Assembly (NCBI GenBank): GCA_963783375.1
Contig: CAWANH010000029.1
Span: 992,001-1,056,000, forward strand
Direction: 5' to 3'
Source of the DNA: Candidatus Eiseniibacteriota bacterium
GTDB lineage: Bacteria; Eisenbacteria; RBG-16-71-46; JABDJR01
DNA length: 64,000 bases
In this document: piece by piece, positions 1 to 10,234 of the stretch
Numbering within the stretch: the first letter of the stretch is position 1
How the letters are laid out: each line of letters starts with the position of its first letter
The notes under the pieces: generated by a model
Database searches by the model: none
The model's input: only the letters and a program-made list of their open reading frames with translations
What the model was told of the DNA's origin: nothing
Translations under genes and position numbers: made by a program

Positions 1-1
1 G

Positions 2-811
2 TGGTTCGAGGCAAGCATCCATCCCCATCCCCAGCTCGAGGTGGCGCCGTTCGTGAACGTGGTGGGGATCCGCCGGACCGGCGCCGTTCCGATCGACGAG
101 ACCTGGGTGGGGCTCACCGCCGCCGGCCAGCCCGCGACCCGCCTCACCGCGCGGTTCCGCGCCGCCGTCCTCACCGATCGCCCCGCCGGCGCCGCCTACG
201 CCCCGGTCACCGGCGATGCGAGCGTGGACTGGCGGCTCTCCGACCGGGCCGAGCTCGGCCTGGCCGCGAGCCGCTTCGCGGTGGTCTCCTACCGGACCTG
301 GCCGGAGAAGATCACCGGAGAGGCCTGGGGAGGATTTCTGGATGTCCGGCCGAGCTGGCGGTCCGCCGTCCGCCTCGACGCCGACCGCGCCCGGTACGCC
401 CCGGTCGCCGGCTTCGCGGCCAACCACCGCTGGAACGCACGGCTCACCGCCTCGCGCGAGGTCTGGGCGCCGGTCCGGCTGCGCCTGGGGGCCACCGGCC
501 GGTACTTGGACTTCGAGCACGACCAGGACAACGGCACCTGGACCCCCCGCCGGTTTCGCGCCGGCGCGGCCACCGTCGCGTGGAGCTACGGTCCGCGGGA
601 CCGCTGGTCGCTCGACGGCTCGGCGGAGCTGGGGGCGGCCCGGGAAGGGACCGGCGGGACCACGCGCTACGCGGCCTGGCGGATCGGCGCGTGGCGGTCG
701 CTGGGACCGGTGGCGATCGAACTCACCGCGGGGCACTCCGAGGGGAACGTGGAGACGGGAAGCGGGTACGATCGCTCCTACGCCCACCTCGGGGTGCGCC
801 GACAGTTCTGA
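2..811 (+). CDS. Outer-membrane beta-barrel protein, 5'-partial
   Basis: Frame is open from position 2. Alternating aromatic/hydrophobic strands and a C-terminal ...YAHLGVRRQF (terminal Phe, beta-signal-like). Confidence 0.6.
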   Translation, partial: WFEASIHPHPQLEVAPFVNVVGIRRTGAVPIDETWVGLTAAGQPATRLTARFRAAVLTDRPAGAAYAPVTGDASVDWRLSDRAELGLAASRFAVVSYRTWPEKITGEAWGGFLDVRPSWRSAVRLDADRARYAPVAGFAANHRWNARLTASREVWAPVRLRLGATGRYLDFEHDQDNGTWTPRRFRAGAATVAWSYGPRDRWSLDGSAELGAAREGTGGTTRYAAWRIGAWRSLGPVAIELTAGHSEGNVETGSGYDRSYAHLGVRRQF

Positions 812-956
812 CCGCGGCCGGTTGGCTTCGCTTCTGATTCGACTCATGGCAGACCTGGACCTATCGACCAAACCGCCTCTTGGCCGTCGACCCCCCGTCC
901 GGTAACCTCAGTGGTTTCCGGTCATCATCCCTCAATCAATCGATCCGAGGAACTCC

Positions 957-1967
957 ATGCCCACCATCAGCGTGATCCCGGGGGACGGGATCGGCCCCAG
1001 CATCGTGGAGGCCGCCCGCCGCGTCCTCGACGCCGTGCTCCCCGACATCGCCTGGGAGGAGGTCCCGGCCGGGGACGCGGCCTACACGCTCACCGGCGAC
1101 CCCCTCCCCGCCGACACCCTGAAGTCCATCCACGCCACCCACGTGGCCCTGAAGGGTCCCTGCACCACCCACGTGGGAATCGGGTTCCGGAGCATCAACG
1201 TGGCGCTCCGGCGCGAGTTCGATCTCTACGCCAACGTCCGACCGGCCCGCGCCTTTCCCGGCGTGAAGTGCCTCTTTCCCGATCTCGACATCACGGTGAT
1301 CCGCGAGAACACCGAGGGTCTCTACTCGGGGATGGAACACTGGGTGGGCGAGGGCCACAACGCGGCCATGGGAATCGGGATCAACACCCGGGCGGGCATG
1401 GAGCGGATCTGCCGGTTCGCCTTCCAATACGCCCGCGAGAACGGGCGGCGGAAGGTCACCGCGGTTCACAAGGCCAACATCCTGAAGATCCTGAGCGGGC
1501 TTTTCCTGGAGGTGGCGCGCGAGGTCGCCCCCGCCTACCCGGACATCGAGTTCGAGGAGCGGATCGTGGACAACATGGCCATGCAGCTCGTCCGCGACCC
1601 CTACCAGTTCGACGTGGTGGTGAGCACCAACCTGTTCGGGGACATCCTGAGCGACCTCGCCGCGGGGTTGATCGGCGGGTTGGGCCTCGCCCCGGGGGCG
1701 AACATCGGCACCGAGGCGGCCATCTTCGAAGCGGTTCACGGGACCGCCCCGGACATCGCGGGGAAGGACCTGGCCAATCCCTGCTCGGTGATCCTGGCCG
1801 GGATCATGATGCTCCGCCACCTCGGCTACCGCGGGGAGGCGGACCGCGTCGAACGGGCGGTGGTGGACGTACTCCGCGAGGGGCGCTCGGTCACCCGCGA
1901 CCTGGACCCCCTGGCCGGCGTGGGCACCCGGGCCATGACCGAGGCGATCCTGGCCAAGCTCCGCTGA
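957..1967 (+). CDS. Isocitrate/isopropylmalate dehydrogenase family protein (NAD-IDH-like)
   Basis: IPGDGIGP, SINVALRREFDLYANVRP, IRENTEG, VHKANILK, NLFGDILSD, FEAVHGTAPDIAG; SD GAGGA upstream. Confidence 0.92.
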   Translation: MPTISVIPGDGIGPSIVEAARRVLDAVLPDIAWEEVPAGDAAYTLTGDPLPADTLKSIHATHVALKGPCTTHVGIGFRSINVALRREFDLYANVRPARAFPGVKCLFPDLDITVIRENTEGLYSGMEHWVGEGHNAAMGIGINTRAGMERICRFAFQYARENGRRKVTAVHKANILKILSGLFLEVAREVAPAYPDIEFEERIVDNMAMQLVRDPYQFDVVVSTNLFGDILSDLAAGLIGGLGLAPGANIGTEAAIFEAVHGTAPDIAGKDLANPCSVILAGIMMLRHLGYRGEADRVERAVVDVLREGRSVTRDLDPLAGVGTRAMTEAILAKLR

Positions 1968-2103
1968 TTCCCCTCCCGAGCGCCGGCGGGCGGCCCGTCC
2001 CGCCCTGGCGTGCCGGAGCCGGATTCGCTAGAATCGGGCTTTCTGCGCCCGGCGCACCCCGTCTTTTCATGAATCCCCCGGAGTGGACAGGAGGAGGAGG
2101 ACG

Positions 2104-3660
2104 ATGCCCAACGTAGCCGAATTCCGAAACGAACCGCTTACCGATTTCACCAAACCCGAAAACCGGAAGGCCCAGGAAGAGGCGCTGGCCGAGGCCAGAA
2201 GCCGGCTCGGCCGGGAGTACCCCCTCCTGATCGGCGGCAAGGAGGTGAAGGCCCCCGCCACCTTCAAGTCCACCAACCCCGCCCGGAAGGACGAGGTCAT
2301 CGGGGTCTTCCAGAAGGCGGACGAGAAACTGGCCGTCCGGGCCCTGGAGAACGGCTGGGAGGTGTTCGAGAGCTGGAAGCGGACAACCCCCGAGCATCGC
2401 GCCGGGATCGCCTTCAAGGCCGCGGCTATCATGCGCCGCCGCAAGTTCGAGGTGAACGCGTGGATGATCCTCGAGGCCGGCAAGTCATGGGTCGAGGCCG
2501 ACGCCGACACCGCCGAGGCCATCGACTTCCTCGACTTCTACGGTCACGAGGCGCTCCGCTACGGAGCCGAGCAGCCGGTGACCCCGATCCCCGGCGAGAA
2601 GAACCAGCTGGTCTACATCCCGCTCGGGGTCGGCCTCAGCATTCCGCCGTGGAACTTCCCCATGGCCATTCTCACCGGCCTCACCTCCGCGCCCTGGATC
2701 GCCGGGAACTGCGTGGTGCTGAAGCCGGCCTCCGCCACCCCGATGATGGGCCAGCTCTACATGGAGATCGTGACCGAGGCCGGGCTTCCGGGCGGGGTGG
2801 TCAACTTCCTCAGCGGTCCCGGAGCCATCGCCGGCAACGTCCTGGTGGAACATCCCAAGACCCGATTCATCGGGTTCACCGGCTCCAAGGAGGTCGGTCT
2901 GGGGATCACCGAAAAGGCGGCCAAGCACCATCCGGGCCAGCTCTGGATCAAGCGGGTGGTGGTGGAGATGGGCGGCAAGGACGCCATCATCGTCGACGAG
3001 GAGACCGATCTGGACGTCGCCGCCCAGGGGGTGATGGTGAGCGCTTTCGGCTTCCAGGGTCAGAAGTGCTCGGCCTGCTCCCGGGCCATCGTCGAGGAAT
3101 CGGTCTACGACGCCTTCATGGAGAAGCTTCTGGCCAGGATGAAGACGATCAAGCAGGGCGATCCCGTCGATTCCGGGAACTACATGGGTCCGGTGATCGA
3201 CAAGAACGCCTTCGAGAAGATCATGTCCTACATGGAACCGGGGAAGAAGGAAGGGAAGCTGGTCGCCGGCGGCGAGGGCGACTCCTCCGAGGGTTGGTTC
3301 ATCCAGCCCACCGTGTTCAAGGATATTCCTCCCGACGGCAAGCTCGCCCAGGAGGAGATCTTCGGTCCCGTCCTCGCGGTGATCAAGGCCAAGGACTGGA
3401 AGGACGCTCTCCGGATCGCCAACAACACCGAGTACGGGCTCACCGGCGCGGTTTATACCGACAACCGGAAGAAGCTGGACGAGGCCGAGGCCGAGTTCCA
3501 CGTCGGGAACCTGTACCTGAACCGGAAGTGCACCGGAGCCCTGGTGGGCGGCCAGCCCTTCGGCGGGTTCAACATGAGCGGCACCGACTCCAAGGCGGGA
3601 GGACGGGATTATCTGCTGCTCTTCCTCCAGGCCAAGGCCATATCGGAAAAGGTGTCGTGA
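2104..3660 (+). CDS. pruA: 1-pyrroline-5-carboxylate (glutamate gamma-semialdehyde) dehydrogenase
   Basis: FRNEPLTDF start, PWNFP, FTGSKEVG, EMGGK, FQGQKCSACSR, QEEIFGP, PFGGFNMSGTDSKAGG; SD GGAGGAGG before ATG 2104. Confidence 0.93.
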   Translation: MPNVAEFRNEPLTDFTKPENRKAQEEALAEARSRLGREYPLLIGGKEVKAPATFKSTNPARKDEVIGVFQKADEKLAVRALENGWEVFESWKRTTPEHRAGIAFKAAAIMRRRKFEVNAWMILEAGKSWVEADADTAEAIDFLDFYGHEALRYGAEQPVTPIPGEKNQLVYIPLGVGLSIPPWNFPMAILTGLTSAPWIAGNCVVLKPASATPMMGQLYMEIVTEAGLPGGVVNFLSGPGAIAGNVLVEHPKTRFIGFTGSKEVGLGITEKAAKHHPGQLWIKRVVVEMGGKDAIIVDEETDLDVAAQGVMVSAFGFQGQKCSACSRAIVEESVYDAFMEKLLARMKTIKQGDPVDSGNYMGPVIDKNAFEKIMSYMEPGKKEGKLVAGGEGDSSEGWFIQPTVFKDIPPDGKLAQEEIFGPVLAVIKAKDWKDALRIANNTEYGLTGAVYTDNRKKLDEAEAEFHVGNLYLNRKCTGALVGGQPFGGFNMSGTDSKAGGRDYLLLFLQAKAISEKVS

Positions 3661-3675
3661 CCCGGTCACGTCGGG

Positions 3676-3710
3676 GGCCGGCGGGGTTCTTTCCCGCCGG
3701 CCTTCTTCTT
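3676..3710 (+). terminator. Probable intrinsic terminator after pruA
   Basis: GGCCGGCGGG-7nt-CCCGCCGGCC perfect 10-bp stem followed by TTCTTCTT. Confidence 0.6.
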
Positions 3711-3896
3711 GCCCTCGGGACGCCGGCGGTGGCCTCCTGCTCCGCCGGGATTGCGACGGGCACCTGAGCCCGGTGGCCGTCTCGCACGACAAGCGTGTCC
3801 GTGGCACTCTCGTATGCGTTGTCGGCCGTCCCCGGTGACCCGGTTTCTACCGATCGTGGGCATACGGGGCTGCAGGGGATCGGCCCGCAGGTCGAT

Positions 3897-4388
3897 CTAC
3901 GGCGTTGGTTCGGCCCGGTAGAACTCGGTATCGCCCCCCCGGTACGCTTTGTAGGCCTGGCGGGCCCGGGCCACGCGCCAGCTTCCGTCCTCCGCGCGGG
4001 CCAGGCGGTACTGGGTCCAAATCCCCGCGACGGAATCGTCGAGGAGCCGGTCCATGATCACGGTCACCGTGGAGCTGTCCGGCGCCTCGCTGCGGTTGTC
4101 CTCGCGGTAGAGGCGCACGCGGGGCGCCTCGGTGGCTTTCGACACCCATAGCGCGACCAGGCCGGGGTCCCGCACCCAGCCCTCGCCGCGGCGGGCCGCC
4201 GCCCCGATTTCCACGTTGAACGTGGCCGGTTCAACGTTGGTGGAGGAACGCATCATCGGGATTTCCGCGAACCCCGCCGGGATCGCGGAAACCGGCGGGG
4301 GCGGGGCGTTCATCGCGGGTTTGCTTCCGGCGCACCCGGCCACGCCGAGAGCAACGAGAGCGACCGTTACCTTGACCACTGGCTTCAT
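3897..4388 (-). CDS. Lipoprotein of unknown function
   Basis: Signal peptide with lipobox GVAG-C; SD GGAGGAGG; C-terminal LLDDSV...GSWRV segment. Confidence 0.75.
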   Translation of the reverse strand: MKPVVKVTVALVALGVAGCAGSKPAMNAPPPPVSAIPAGFAEIPMMRSSTNVEPATFNVEIGAAARRGEGWVRDPGLVALWVSKATEAPRVRLYREDNRSEAPDSSTVTVIMDRLLDDSVAGIWTQYRLARAEDGSWRVARARQAYKAYRGGDTEFYRAEPTP

Positions 4389-4696
4389 CGGGGATCCCTC
4401 CTCCGGTTCCTAGTGACTCCGACCCGGCTCGGGCTCCGTTCCGGTATGGCTGAAGCCCGACCGCCAGAGTACTCCACCCCACCCCGGGGAGAAAGCCGGA
4501 TGGGGCGTCCCGGCGCGGACCCGGCTCTCCGGCCCCTGGGAGCCCCCGGGATGCCCACGCGCCCGTAGAACCCCCCTCCCCGAATCTGCTAAACTGATGC
4601 GCTGGAATCGAGTCCCAATCAAGAGGTTGCGCGTCCGGGGATCCCGCCGGAGCCTCGAAACGCCGACCGGCGCCACCTCCATTCAAGGAGTCCCGC

Positions 4697-5881
4697 TTGA
4701 CCGAAGTCTCCCTGGTGATGCCCTGCCTGAACGAGGAAGAGACCCTTCCCATCTGCCTCCGGAAGGCCCAGGACACCATCAAGAAGCTGAACCTGGACGC
4801 GGAGATCGTGGTCGCCGACAACGGATCCACCGACCGCTCGGTGGAGATCGCGGAGTCCATGGGGGCCCGGGTGGTGCACCAGCCCCTGAAGGGCTACGGG
4901 AACGCCTACCTGGCCGGGTTCGCCGGCGCCCGGGGCCGCTACCTCATCATGGGCGACTCCGACGACTCCTACGACTGGACCGACATCGGGCGCTTCCTGG
5001 AGCCCCTCCGCCGGGGCTACGACATGGTCATGGGAACCCGGCTCAAGGGGACGATCGAGCCCGGGGCCATGCCCTTCCTCCATCGCTACCTGGGAAACCC
5101 GGTGCTCACCGGGATCCTGAACCTCCTGTTCCGGACCGGCATCTCAGACGCCCACTGCGGCATGCGGGGCTTCACCCGCGAGGCCTACGAACGCATGCAC
5201 CTTCGCACCTCGGGGATGGAGTTCGCCTCGGAGATGGTGATCAAGGCGGGCAAGGCCCGGCTCAAGATCGCCGAGATCCCCATCACCCTGCACAAGGATG
5301 CACGCACCCGCGCGCCCCACCTCCGCACCTGGCGGGACGGCTGGCGCCACCTCCGGTTCATGCTCATGTACAGCCCCACCGGACTCTTCCTGATGCCGGG
5401 AGCGCTCCTGCTTCTCCTGGGGATCGCCCTCCTCGCGGTTCTCTATCCCGGGCCGCTTCATGTCGCCGGCCGGGAGATCGACATTCACTCGATGGTCCTG
5501 GGTAGCCTCCTCACCATCCTCGGCACCCAGGTCATCACCACCGGTCTCTTCGCCAAGGTCTATTCCTACGAGCGGCACTTCGACAGTCGGGACCCGGTGC
5601 TCCGCACCCTGGCCCGCCGGTTCAACCTGGAGCGCGGGCTCGTCCTGGGGGTGCTGGTGTTCATCGCCGGGTTCGTTCTCGACCTGGTGGTGGCGGTGGA
5701 GTGGATCCGGAGCGGGTTCGGCCCCCTGAACGCCATGCGGCAGGCCATCCTGGGGAGCACGCTCCTGGTGGTGGGGGCCCAGATCATCTTCTCCTCGTTC
5801 TTCCTGAGCATGCTCTCGGTGCAGGTCACCGAGCTCAAGTCCGACTCGGCCGAGGCCGACACCCAGCGTCAGGCCTCATGA
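4697..5881 (+). CDS. Glycosyltransferase family 2 (polyprenol-phosphate glycosyltransferase-like) with C-terminal TM helices
   Basis: MPCLNEE, ADNGSTD, GDSDDSYD, DAHCGMRGF, GMEFASEM, WRDGWRHL; TTG start after AAGGAG. Confidence 0.9.
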   Translation: MTEVSLVMPCLNEEETLPICLRKAQDTIKKLNLDAEIVVADNGSTDRSVEIAESMGARVVHQPLKGYGNAYLAGFAGARGRYLIMGDSDDSYDWTDIGRFLEPLRRGYDMVMGTRLKGTIEPGAMPFLHRYLGNPVLTGILNLLFRTGISDAHCGMRGFTREAYERMHLRTSGMEFASEMVIKAGKARLKIAEIPITLHKDARTRAPHLRTWRDGWRHLRFMLMYSPTGLFLMPGALLLLLGIALLAVLYPGPLHVAGREIDIHSMVLGSLLTILGTQVITTGLFAKVYSYERHFDSRDPVLRTLARRFNLERGLVLGVLVFIAGFVLDLVVAVEWIRSGFGPLNAMRQAILGSTLLVVGAQIIFSSFFLSMLSVQVTELKSDSAEADTQRQAS

Positions 5882-5926
5882 TCCTTTCCGCCACCTCGCG
5901 CCTTCACCCCCCCGGAGCGTCCTGAG

Positions 5927-7864
5927 ATGTGCGGTTTCGCCGGCATCTACCGCCATGGGGGACGGCGGGACCCCGATGATGAACGCACCCTGCGCGGCAT
6001 GATCGGGACTCTCGCCCATCGAGGGCCCGACGACGAGGGCGTGCACCTGACTCCCGAGGCCGCCCTGGGATTCCGCCGGCTGAGCATCGTCGACCTCGAA
6101 GCGGGCCACCAGCCCCTTCCCAACGAGGACGAGACGATCTGGCTCCTTCTGAACGGCGAGATCTACAACCACGCTGAGCTTCGCCCGGAGTTGGAGGGCC
6201 GCGGCCATCGCTGGCGCACCCGCTCCGACGCGGAAGCGGTGATCCACGCCTACGAGGAGTGGGGACCGGACTGCCTGAAGCGCCTCCAGGGCATGTTCTC
6301 CCTGGCGCTCTTCGACGCGCGGAAGAACCGGCTCTTCGCCGCCCGGGACCGCCTGGGGATCAAGCCCTTTCACTACACCGAACTCCCGGGGGGAGAGCTG
6401 GTGTTCGGCTCCGAGATCAAGTCGCTCCTCGCCCATCCCCGGGTCCCCCGCGAGGCCTCGGCGGAGGCCGCTGCGCTGTTCGTGACCTATCGATACCTTC
6501 CCTCCCCCCACACCCTGTTCCGGGGGATCCGGAAGCTCCCCCCCGGCCACCGGCTGATCGCCGACGGGAACGGGGTGCGGACGGATATGTGGTGGGACGT
6601 GGACCTGGACACCCGGTGGACCGGCACCTACGAGGAGGCGGTCGAACGGCTCCGCGACCTCATGAAGCAGAGCGTCCGCGACCGGCTCATGTCCGACGTT
6701 CCCCTGGGGGCCCTCCTTTCCGGCGGCCTCGACTCCAGCATCATCGTGTCCCTGATGGCGGAACTTCACCAGGGCGCGGTCAAGACCTACTCGGTGGGAT
6801 TCAACGGGGCGGGGGGAAACGAGGACGAGCTACCCTTCGCCCGGGAAGTGGCCCGGGCCCTCGGCACCGAGCACCACGAGCTGGTGATGGCGGAGAAAGA
6901 CCTCCCCGGCTACATTGCCCCCCTCATCTGGAACATGGACGAGCCCCTGGTGGAACCGGCGGCCATCCCGGTCTACCTGATCTCGCGCCTGGCCCGCGAG
7001 ACGGTGACCGTGGTCCTGACCGGAGAGGGGGCGGACGAACTCTTCGCCGGCTACCCCAAGTACGGCCGCGACGGCCTGGCCCGCGCCTACGCCCGGGTCC
7101 CGAAGCTCCTCCGCGAAGGCGTGGTGCGACGCGGGCTGAACGCCATTCCCCTGCCGCTCCGCCGGGTGCGGGTTGCGGAACGGAGCCTCTCCCTGGACGA
7201 TCCCCTGGAGCGGTGGCCCTCCTGGTTCGCCGGGTTCGCCGGCACGGCGCGGCGGGAGATCCTGCAGCCCGACCTGCTTCGGCGCCTCGAGGATCCCGCG
7301 GCCCGGGCGCCGGTGGCGGAATGGGTGAAGCGGGCCGCGGGCCGCGACCCCCTCACCCAGATGCTCTTCGCCGACGTCAAGACCTGGCTGGCCGACGATC
7401 TGCTCATGAAGATGGATCGCATGAGCATGGCCACCTCCCTGGAGGCGCGCGTCCCCTTCCTGGATCACCGCATGGTGGACTTCGCCTTTTCCCTCCCCTC
7501 GGAGTGGAAATGGGGAGACGGACGCGGGAAGAAGATCCTCCGTGACGCCTTCGGGCCCGGGCTTCCCCCCAGCGTCCTGGCCCGCCCCAAGGCCGGTTTC
7601 CCCGTCCCTCTGGCCCGCTGGTTCCGGGAGGATCTCCGGGAGTTCGTGGCCGACACCCTGCTGAGCGAGAGCGTGGGCCGGCGCGGGGTCCTGAACCCGG
7701 CCGCGGTGCGGCGCGTGGTGGAGGACCACGCGGCGGGAAGGCGCGACTACCGGCGCGAGATCTGGACGCTGTTGAACCTCGAGCTGTGGTATCGCATCTT
7801 CATCGACCCGCCGTCCGCCCCCCGGAATGCCCTCGCCGAGACGGCCGCCGCGGCCCGCGGATGA
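5927..7864 (+). CDS. asnB: Asparagine synthase (glutamine-hydrolysing) family amidotransferase
   Basis: N-terminal MCGFAG (Ntn Cys), HRGPD, NGEIYNH, ARDRLGIKP, LSGGLDSS, TGEGADELFAGY, LEARVPFLD. Confidence 0.93.
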   Translation: MCGFAGIYRHGGRRDPDDERTLRGMIGTLAHRGPDDEGVHLTPEAALGFRRLSIVDLEAGHQPLPNEDETIWLLLNGEIYNHAELRPELEGRGHRWRTRSDAEAVIHAYEEWGPDCLKRLQGMFSLALFDARKNRLFAARDRLGIKPFHYTELPGGELVFGSEIKSLLAHPRVPREASAEAAALFVTYRYLPSPHTLFRGIRKLPPGHRLIADGNGVRTDMWWDVDLDTRWTGTYEEAVERLRDLMKQSVRDRLMSDVPLGALLSGGLDSSIIVSLMAELHQGAVKTYSVGFNGAGGNEDELPFAREVARALGTEHHELVMAEKDLPGYIAPLIWNMDEPLVEPAAIPVYLISRLARETVTVVLTGEGADELFAGYPKYGRDGLARAYARVPKLLREGVVRRGLNAIPLPLRRVRVAERSLSLDDPLERWPSWFAGFAGTARREILQPDLLRRLEDPAARAPVAEWVKRAAGRDPLTQMLFADVKTWLADDLLMKMDRMSMATSLEARVPFLDHRMVDFAFSLPSEWKWGDGRGKKILRDAFGPGLPPSVLARPKAGFPVPLARWFREDLREFVADTLLSESVGRRGVLNPAAVRRVVEDHAAGRRDYRREIWTLLNLELWYRIFIDPPSAPRNALAETAAAARG

Positions 7865-9840
7865 AGGCCTGGCACCTCCGCCGCCTCGCCGCGATGCCCT
7901 GGGGCGAACGGCGTCTCCGGATCGCGCGCGCCCTCCGGAACCTCCGCGACCGCCGGGTCTGGCTCCGGGATGGACCGGAGGCGGTGCTCGGGCCTCCGCC
8001 GGATCCGGGGGAGTTTCTGGCCGGGTGGACGGACGCGCCCTGGGTCCTGGAGCCGCGCCGGCTGGCCGGCCTGGCCGCCCGCTGGCCCGAGGCCTGGACG
8101 GCGCGGACCTGCGCCGAGGCGAAGGAGATCCTGGGCGGCGCCTACCGCTGGCTCGGAGCAACGCGCGAGATGGGACCCCGCCCCCGCTGGCGCCGGGAGG
8201 CGGTTTCCGGCGTGGACTTTCCCGCGAGCTGGTGGAGCCGGATCCCGCTTCGCTCCCCTCTCGGTGCCTTCGACCTGAAGCACCTGTGGGAGCCGAACCA
8301 GCACCGGGCCTTCACCACCCTGGCCAAGGCGTTCCTTCTCACCGGCGATCCCCAGTATCGCGATCATCTGGCGGCGATCTGGGACGACTGGATGGAGCAG
8401 AACCCGCCCTTGGCCGGACCCAACGCGGTCTCGCCGCTCTCGGTGGGTCTTCGGCTCCTTCATTGGGCCGCCGCCCTTCGGTTCTTGGCCGCGCGGGAGC
8501 GTCCTTCTGAGGACCATCTCAGGGCCGTCTGGCCCCGGGTTCATGACCAGCGCGAGTTCATCGTCCGAAACCTCTCCCGCTATTCATCGGCCAACAACCA
8601 CCTGATCGGCGAGCTGGCCTCGGTGTTCCTCACCGATCTGGCCTTCCCCGGAATCGCCCCGCCCGCCGAGACCGAATCCGTGGAGCGCGAGCTTCGGACC
8701 GAACTCATCCGCCAGTTCCACCCCGACGGCGGCAATCGCGAGCAGGCCCTGCACTATCACGCCTTCGCGCTGGCTTTCGGCCTCCTGGCCGCCACCGGCG
8801 CCGAACGGCGCGGGCGCCCCTGGCCTCCGGAGACGCGCCTTCACCTCCGAAGGGCGGTCGCATTCCTGGACGCGGCCCGCCTGGGGGAGGCCGCCGGCCC
8901 CGAAGCCTTCCTCTTCGGTGACGGCGACGATAGCGAAGTGCTTCCCCTGGCCGAGGGAACGCGCCTCCTCTATGCACCGCTCGTGGCCCAGGGGCGCGTC
9001 TTGGCCGGCGAACCGGCCGGGCTCGGGCCCGAGGGGGATGAACGGACGGCCTGGCTCCTGGGCGAGCCGGGGCTCCCCGACCCGGATCGTCCCACCCCGG
9101 CTCCCCCGCCGGGCGCGGCGTTCCCGGACAGCGGCCACGCGTTCCTTCGCCGGGGGCCCCTGGCCGCCCACCTGAACGCCGGGGAACTCGGCTACCTCTC
9201 GATCGCCGCTCACGCCCATGCCGATGCCCTCTCCGTCCAGGTCGCCTATGGCGGAACGCCGATCGTTCTCGATCCCGGCACCTTCACCTACCGGGGGGGA
9301 AACCCCTGGCGGGACGTCCTGGCCGGCACGCCGGCCCACCCTACCGTGTCCCTGGAGGGCGGCAACCAGGCGGAGCGCCTGGGGCCGTTTCTGTGGGGGC
9401 GCCGCTACGTCGCGCGCCTCGACGAGGTCTCGCTGGACGGCGAGCCGCTCCAGGCTCGGGGGACCCATGACGGATACCGGGATCTGGGGTTGGTGCACCG
9501 GAGGCGCCTGGAACTCTCCGATCCGTCGACCGTGGTGGTGGAGGACGTCCTGGAGGGATCCGGGGTGCGGACGGTCCGCCTCAACTGGCCCCTGGGGCCC
9601 GGAGAGGCCGTCGTCGAGGCCTCGGGGATCGTTCTCCGCGCTCCCGGGGTGACCGCCCGGATCACCGTGGAGGGCTTTGCCGCCCCGGCCCGCCTGGAGC
9701 GGGGAGACCCGGAGCGCCCGGGTTCGCCCTGCTTTTCGAGGGGTTACGACCGTCTCCAGGCCGGGCAGGCCGCGGTCTGGGAGGGGCGGATCCCGCTCCC
9801 CGCCCGCTGGGTGACCCGGATCCGGATCACACCTTCTTGA
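7861..9840 (+). CDS. Heparinase II/III family protein
   Basis: WE.NQH, SANNHLIGE, EQALHYH, AAHAHADALS, DPGTFTY, HDGY motifs; ATGA overlap with asnB stop. Confidence 0.85.
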   Translation: MKAWHLRRLAAMPWGERRLRIARALRNLRDRRVWLRDGPEAVLGPPPDPGEFLAGWTDAPWVLEPRRLAGLAARWPEAWTARTCAEAKEILGGAYRWLGATREMGPRPRWRREAVSGVDFPASWWSRIPLRSPLGAFDLKHLWEPNQHRAFTTLAKAFLLTGDPQYRDHLAAIWDDWMEQNPPLAGPNAVSPLSVGLRLLHWAAALRFLAARERPSEDHLRAVWPRVHDQREFIVRNLSRYSSANNHLIGELASVFLTDLAFPGIAPPAETESVERELRTELIRQFHPDGGNREQALHYHAFALAFGLLAATGAERRGRPWPPETRLHLRRAVAFLDAARLGEAAGPEAFLFGDGDDSEVLPLAEGTRLLYAPLVAQGRVLAGEPAGLGPEGDERTAWLLGEPGLPDPDRPTPAPPPGAAFPDSGHAFLRRGPLAAHLNAGELGYLSIAAHAHADALSVQVAYGGTPIVLDPGTFTYRGGNPWRDVLAGTPAHPTVSLEGGNQAERLGPFLWGRRYVARLDEVSLDGEPLQARGTHDGYRDLGLVHRRRLELSDPSTVVVEDVLEGSGVRTVRLNWPLGPGEAVVEASGIVLRAPGVTARITVEGFAAPARLERGDPERPGSPCFSRGYDRLQAGQAAVWEGRIPLPARWVTRIRITPS

Positions 9841-10069
9841 CCAGCTTGACCAGGGCAAGAAGGAGGACCGCGCCGAAGAGGGCGGTCAGGAAGGCGCCGA
9901 TCCCGCCCCGGGGGACCACCCCGACCTCCCCCAACACCCACCCTCCGGCCACCGCGCCCAGCACCCCCACCACCGCGTCCCCCAGACACCCCAACCCACG
10001 GCCCCTTACGATGATGCCGGCCAACCAGCCCGCCACGAGCCCGATGATGATGAAGACGAGCAAGCTCAT
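9827..10069 (-). CDS. GlsB/YeaQ/YmgE (transglycosylase-associated) membrane protein
   Basis: 80 aa: IIIGLVAGWLAG...VVGVLGAVAGG...ALFGAVLLL; SD GGGAGG. Confidence 0.88.
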   Translation of the reverse strand: MSLLVFIIIGLVAGWLAGIIVRGRGLGCLGDAVVGVLGAVAGGWVLGEVGVVPRGGIGAFLTALFGAVLLLALVKLVKKV

Positions 10070-10234
10070 CGTTCCCTCCCGGAATCGACCGGCTCCCCCG
10101 GTAAGACCGAAAGCCCCCGGCCTGGAGTCCGATATACTCTTTCGGGTGCGGAGGATCCGCCGGGCGCACCGTCCGGTCAAGGGGCGAATCGCCGGCGACC
10201 GTCTCCCTGCATCCGAGGACGGTCCGAGGAGTCG

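Noticed and set aside
3657-3900. Short signal-peptide-like ORF (GTG 3657 to TGA 3767) as a UGA-readthrough selenoprotein, given selA
   Set aside because: No redox motif or convincing SECIS. It overlaps the pruA terminator, and readthrough would run antisense into the lipoprotein gene.
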